Shown here in pieces: positions 60,701 through 64,000 of a stretch of DNA of 64,000 nucleotides. The translations under genes were made by a program, and so were the position numbers. The notes beneath the pieces are model-generated. The model searched no databases. It saw nothing but the letters and a program-made list of their open reading frames with translations, and was not told the origin of the DNA. The stretch's first letter is position 1. Every line of letters starts with the position of its first letter. Source of the stretch: Orbicella franksi (Eukaryota); the NCBI GenBank assembly GCA_964199315.1, contig OZ116698.1, forward strand, positions 16,306,001 through 16,370,000. The letters are read 5' to 3'.

Positions 60701-63700
60701 TATAGCATGCTCTATAGAATATTTTCTTTCATTCCCTGATGATGCCCTAGAACGGCAAAAGCTTGGAATTAAAATACAGTACAGTAGCTCAAGGCCTCAA
60801 TTGAATCAATATATTTATTTCTCTTTGGAAATTTCTACTTAGGTCATGATTTACATCTTTTAGAAATGTTTCATACATAGTGCAAATACTTTATGAAAAG
60901 TTTCTACTTTGGTAGGAAGGTGCTACTCCCTGGGGTGAGAGATCTTTAGATTTAATGTGACATGAAACTCTGAAGGATTATTTGGAGAAGTTGAAATTTG
61001 GATTTGAGAATTTTTCCCAGCAGTATTTCTTTGGGTTCAGTGAAATTTCTTTTAGGTTAGTACTGTGTGTTTTTCACTCATTGTTCTTTATAGTCTCCGT
61101 GTTGATATTAATTATAAAATTTAATTGATTTGCTTTAGACTGGAGACAGCTTATACATGTTGCTGCTATTGATTGTGCAGAAGAACGTAATCTCGCCACT
61201 TGTGTCCATTATAACATAGAAGGTTATCCGTCTGTAAAGGTATGCGTGATTTAGTATTTGAATGCAGCTGGTATTATTACCTTGCAGGAACCTTGTCTAT
61301 ATTGGTCCTTTCAAGGACTCTGTTGTGTGACTCCCTAAAAAGTTGCCATTAATAGTATTTTCCATTTGTAAAAGTATGCTAAAAACCTAGTTTTCTGTTT
61401 CAAGTTATTAGCAATAAATAGATGGCATATGAGGATCACAGTTACCTTGCCTTATGTAAACACATTAGAAAGTTTGAGAGAATTCAAACTTTTATGTGAA
61501 GCAGAAGGTATCGTCTTGAGATATTTCCTTTAATTAATAATGAAATAGATGCAACAAAATCTAGTGAAATGTCATACAGTCAGTTATACCCTATGCAATG
61601 TTACTACCGGTACCTAGCCAAACGTATATTATAAGTACATAATTTTGTTTGGTTAAAGTTTTTTTGTGAGGTCTACAAAAAAAAAGTTTTCAATCTATCA
61701 CAGCGTACATACAGATTTCTTACATCTTATTTAGAGTGATAGTGAGATAGAGTGTTTTCTAAGGTATTGGTCAGCTCTACATTCTTTAGAATCACTCTTT
61801 GTTTATTTTTCTCTTTTGAACAGTTTTTTAATGCTTCAGCTCCCATCTCTAATCTAGGAGAAACATATCTAGGTATGCTCTGTGAAAAATCCTTTGTTTC
61901 TATAATAATTTTTAATTAACTACTTATTTCACTTCTAAATATACGTATATTGTATTTTTGATATACCGGTAATTGTAGAATGTGAAATAAAGATATTGTA
62001 TTGCATTGCATTGTATAGTATAATTGTTATGTGGAATGTAGTCAAAGTAGGTAAAAACTGAGAGTGGGCAGTCAAGTTGTTTCAGCAAAACTCAGTGGAT
62101 GTTAATTTGTATTAAACATCAAATTCAGTAAAACTGACTTATTGAAAGTTTTGTATTGGTGTTATTTAATTACATGTATAGTAGTTGTATTCTGGTTGAA
62201 CTCATGTTACATCTAATGTTGATAACTCAAACAGGAGAGAAGACTCTACTTAATCTTCTTCATGAAATGGTCAAGGTAGCTGAACTACAGAAGTCTTTAG
62301 GTTTGGTTCGTACAGATGTGGATTTCATACCCGTAGGGTAAGGGCTTTTGGATACGTCAATGTTTTAAATTAGTAATTTTAGTTGCGATAAGATGTTAAT
62401 CAGCTTTTGCATAAGCATGGGATAATCAGACAGACAGATTGGAGCTAATTTGGCCCATATCCAGCCTGAAAACCTCCAAAATGTCCAAAAACTGGGTTTT
62501 TGGCAAAAAGCTCTGGGAGTCAATGGTTAATGTGAAGCTCATGTTTTACTTTTTTCTATTCATATATTTTAGAAATAAAGGTGTCTATGTCTTGTCAGTT
62601 GTTTGTATGTATTTGTGAAAACTCAAAAGCCTAAGCTACTTTGGTAACTAAGAACGTCTTAATCTGGTGTAATTTTAGTAATATTTTTTGTTTCAAATAG
62701 CTACATTGTTAGTTATTGTAGTTTTGACAGTGTTAAAATATCTAAACAGTGCAAAATAATAAAAATCTGAAATGTGGAATGTTGTCTCCAAGAAGGTGAT
62801 CATTTTGGTTTCTGAGTCCTTTGTCTAAAAGCACTTTTCTTATGTTAATGTGTTTTATAATTTTGTTCAAAGGAATGAATTTGTGACCAATTTTCTGGAA
62901 GGCAGAACACCATATGATGAGCTAGCATTGATTTTTGAGGTACCAACTTCATATATTGGCCGTGAGGTGAGTTGATTGGATATTGCATTGACTTGGCTCA
63001 TCATTTGCATCACCTTGTGTAGAACTGACAGCTTGTGTGTAGTATGATTTAGGGTACCATAGTTTGAGGGTGTGGAACGGTGGGTGTTACTACAAGGCAG
63101 ACAAGCAAATGTTCAGTAATAATTCTGTGCCACCACTGAGAACAAATAGAATTTTTCAATTTTTTTTGTTTTTTGTTTCCTTGAAAATATTGATTGAACT
63201 ATTTTCTTCCGGAGAAAAGCCCTGAAAACATACTCCATTGGATATTGTCACTGATTCCTTTACTTGTCTATGATTTTTAATTAGCTAACTTTCGATATTT
63301 TTGTTCTACTGAGTCAGTTTTATTTTCTTAAAACTCCACAAGGTTAGTAGACATTACGTGGTCCATTAGTCCTTGCACATGTACATATTTCTTTTTGCTC
63401 TTCCTTCTACTGCTGGAACAAAAATACTTGAAAAATTCCCCATCCCCCAGACCTGAGGGGCGAGATTTTCCTTGAGAGGTACCAGGGGGGATGGTGACAG
63501 CTAGAATTGAACCACACATACCAGTAATGGCTGATAGTGTGTGATAGCTTAGCCACTCAGATTCTAACATTCGCATTAGTATTAATATTATCTGAATTCT
63601 ACTGTTTAGCATTTTTGTGGACCAAAACATTTCTACATATGTTCCCACTTTTCCCAGGTTATGTTAGATATGATAAAATGCCCACGTTTGGGAGTCAGAA

Positions 63701-63942
63701 GAGTCTTGAATCAAAATGTGAGTATCGTTACAAATTACATTTGATCACTTTCCATTGTTATGCTGTATTTTGACTGTGTAGGAAGATGATGCAATCAAAA
63801 AAATCAAGTTATTTTTGTGGCAACTGTTAGTTGATTATTTTACTCTTCTTTTTCAGAAAATTATGGTTGAAAAATATTCAGTAAAAAAGTTTCCATCTGT
63901 CATTGTTATCCACCGAAGAGGCACATTTCAAGAACTTTCCTA
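57701..63942 (+). CDS. QSOX: Quiescin sulfhydryl oxidase, 5' part (continues beyond the window)
   Basis: Phase-consistent exons 57701-57959, 61139-61239, 61824-61872, 62235-62337, 62873-62966, 63658-63717 and 63857-63942. Signal peptide, Trx1 with EFYSSFCGHCHAFAPTWK, AAIDCA...C...IEGYPSVKFF, and Trx2 LALIFE...SYIGREV. Confidence 0.93.
59835..60408. mobile_element. piggyBac-like MITE inserted into a SINE, in QSOX intron 1; partial copy at ~62440-62530
   Basis: TTAA|CCCATTGACTG ... TCAGTGGG|TTAA; SINE sequence on both sides. Confidence 0.85.
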
Positions 63943-64000
63943 GTAAGTTAAAATTTGCTTGTGCTATTGGAGTTGTAGGGCAAACAACAAAAATTTTTAT

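Overview
AT-rich, intron-containing animal genomic DNA. The repeat families look anthozoan (stony-coral-like); that attribution is inference from pattern recall. Host genes rebuilt by splicing exons by eye: UBL5/Hub1 with two U12-type introns (1023-3264 +), an orphan 227-aa C-terminally anchored membrane protein (6492-9767 +), a C1orf21/DUF4612 orthologue (20616-26343 +), LRRIQ3 (30344-37029 -), an intronless LicD/FKRP-like protein (47924-49609 -), an intronless orphan ending in a LINE-ORF1-like RRM domain (54408-55709 +) and the 5' part of QSOX (57701-63942+, +). The standout is a 7,227-bp DNA transposon (37198-44424) with perfect 28-bp TIRs and a 9-bp target duplication, inserted in the LRRIQ3 promoter. 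Its spliced gene (~1,170 aa) reads Zn-binding N-terminus, DDE-like transposase core, RING-H2 finger and a herpes-tegument-like (VTD-type) cysteine protease. The protease only appears once a nested Tigger MITE is removed in silico. The window also holds a back-to-back hammerhead-ribozyme palindrome in a (TA)n tract (52125-52539), an AcademH-like deletion derivative (21189-22388) and many MITEs and SINEs. No database searches were run; family names rest on motif recognition.
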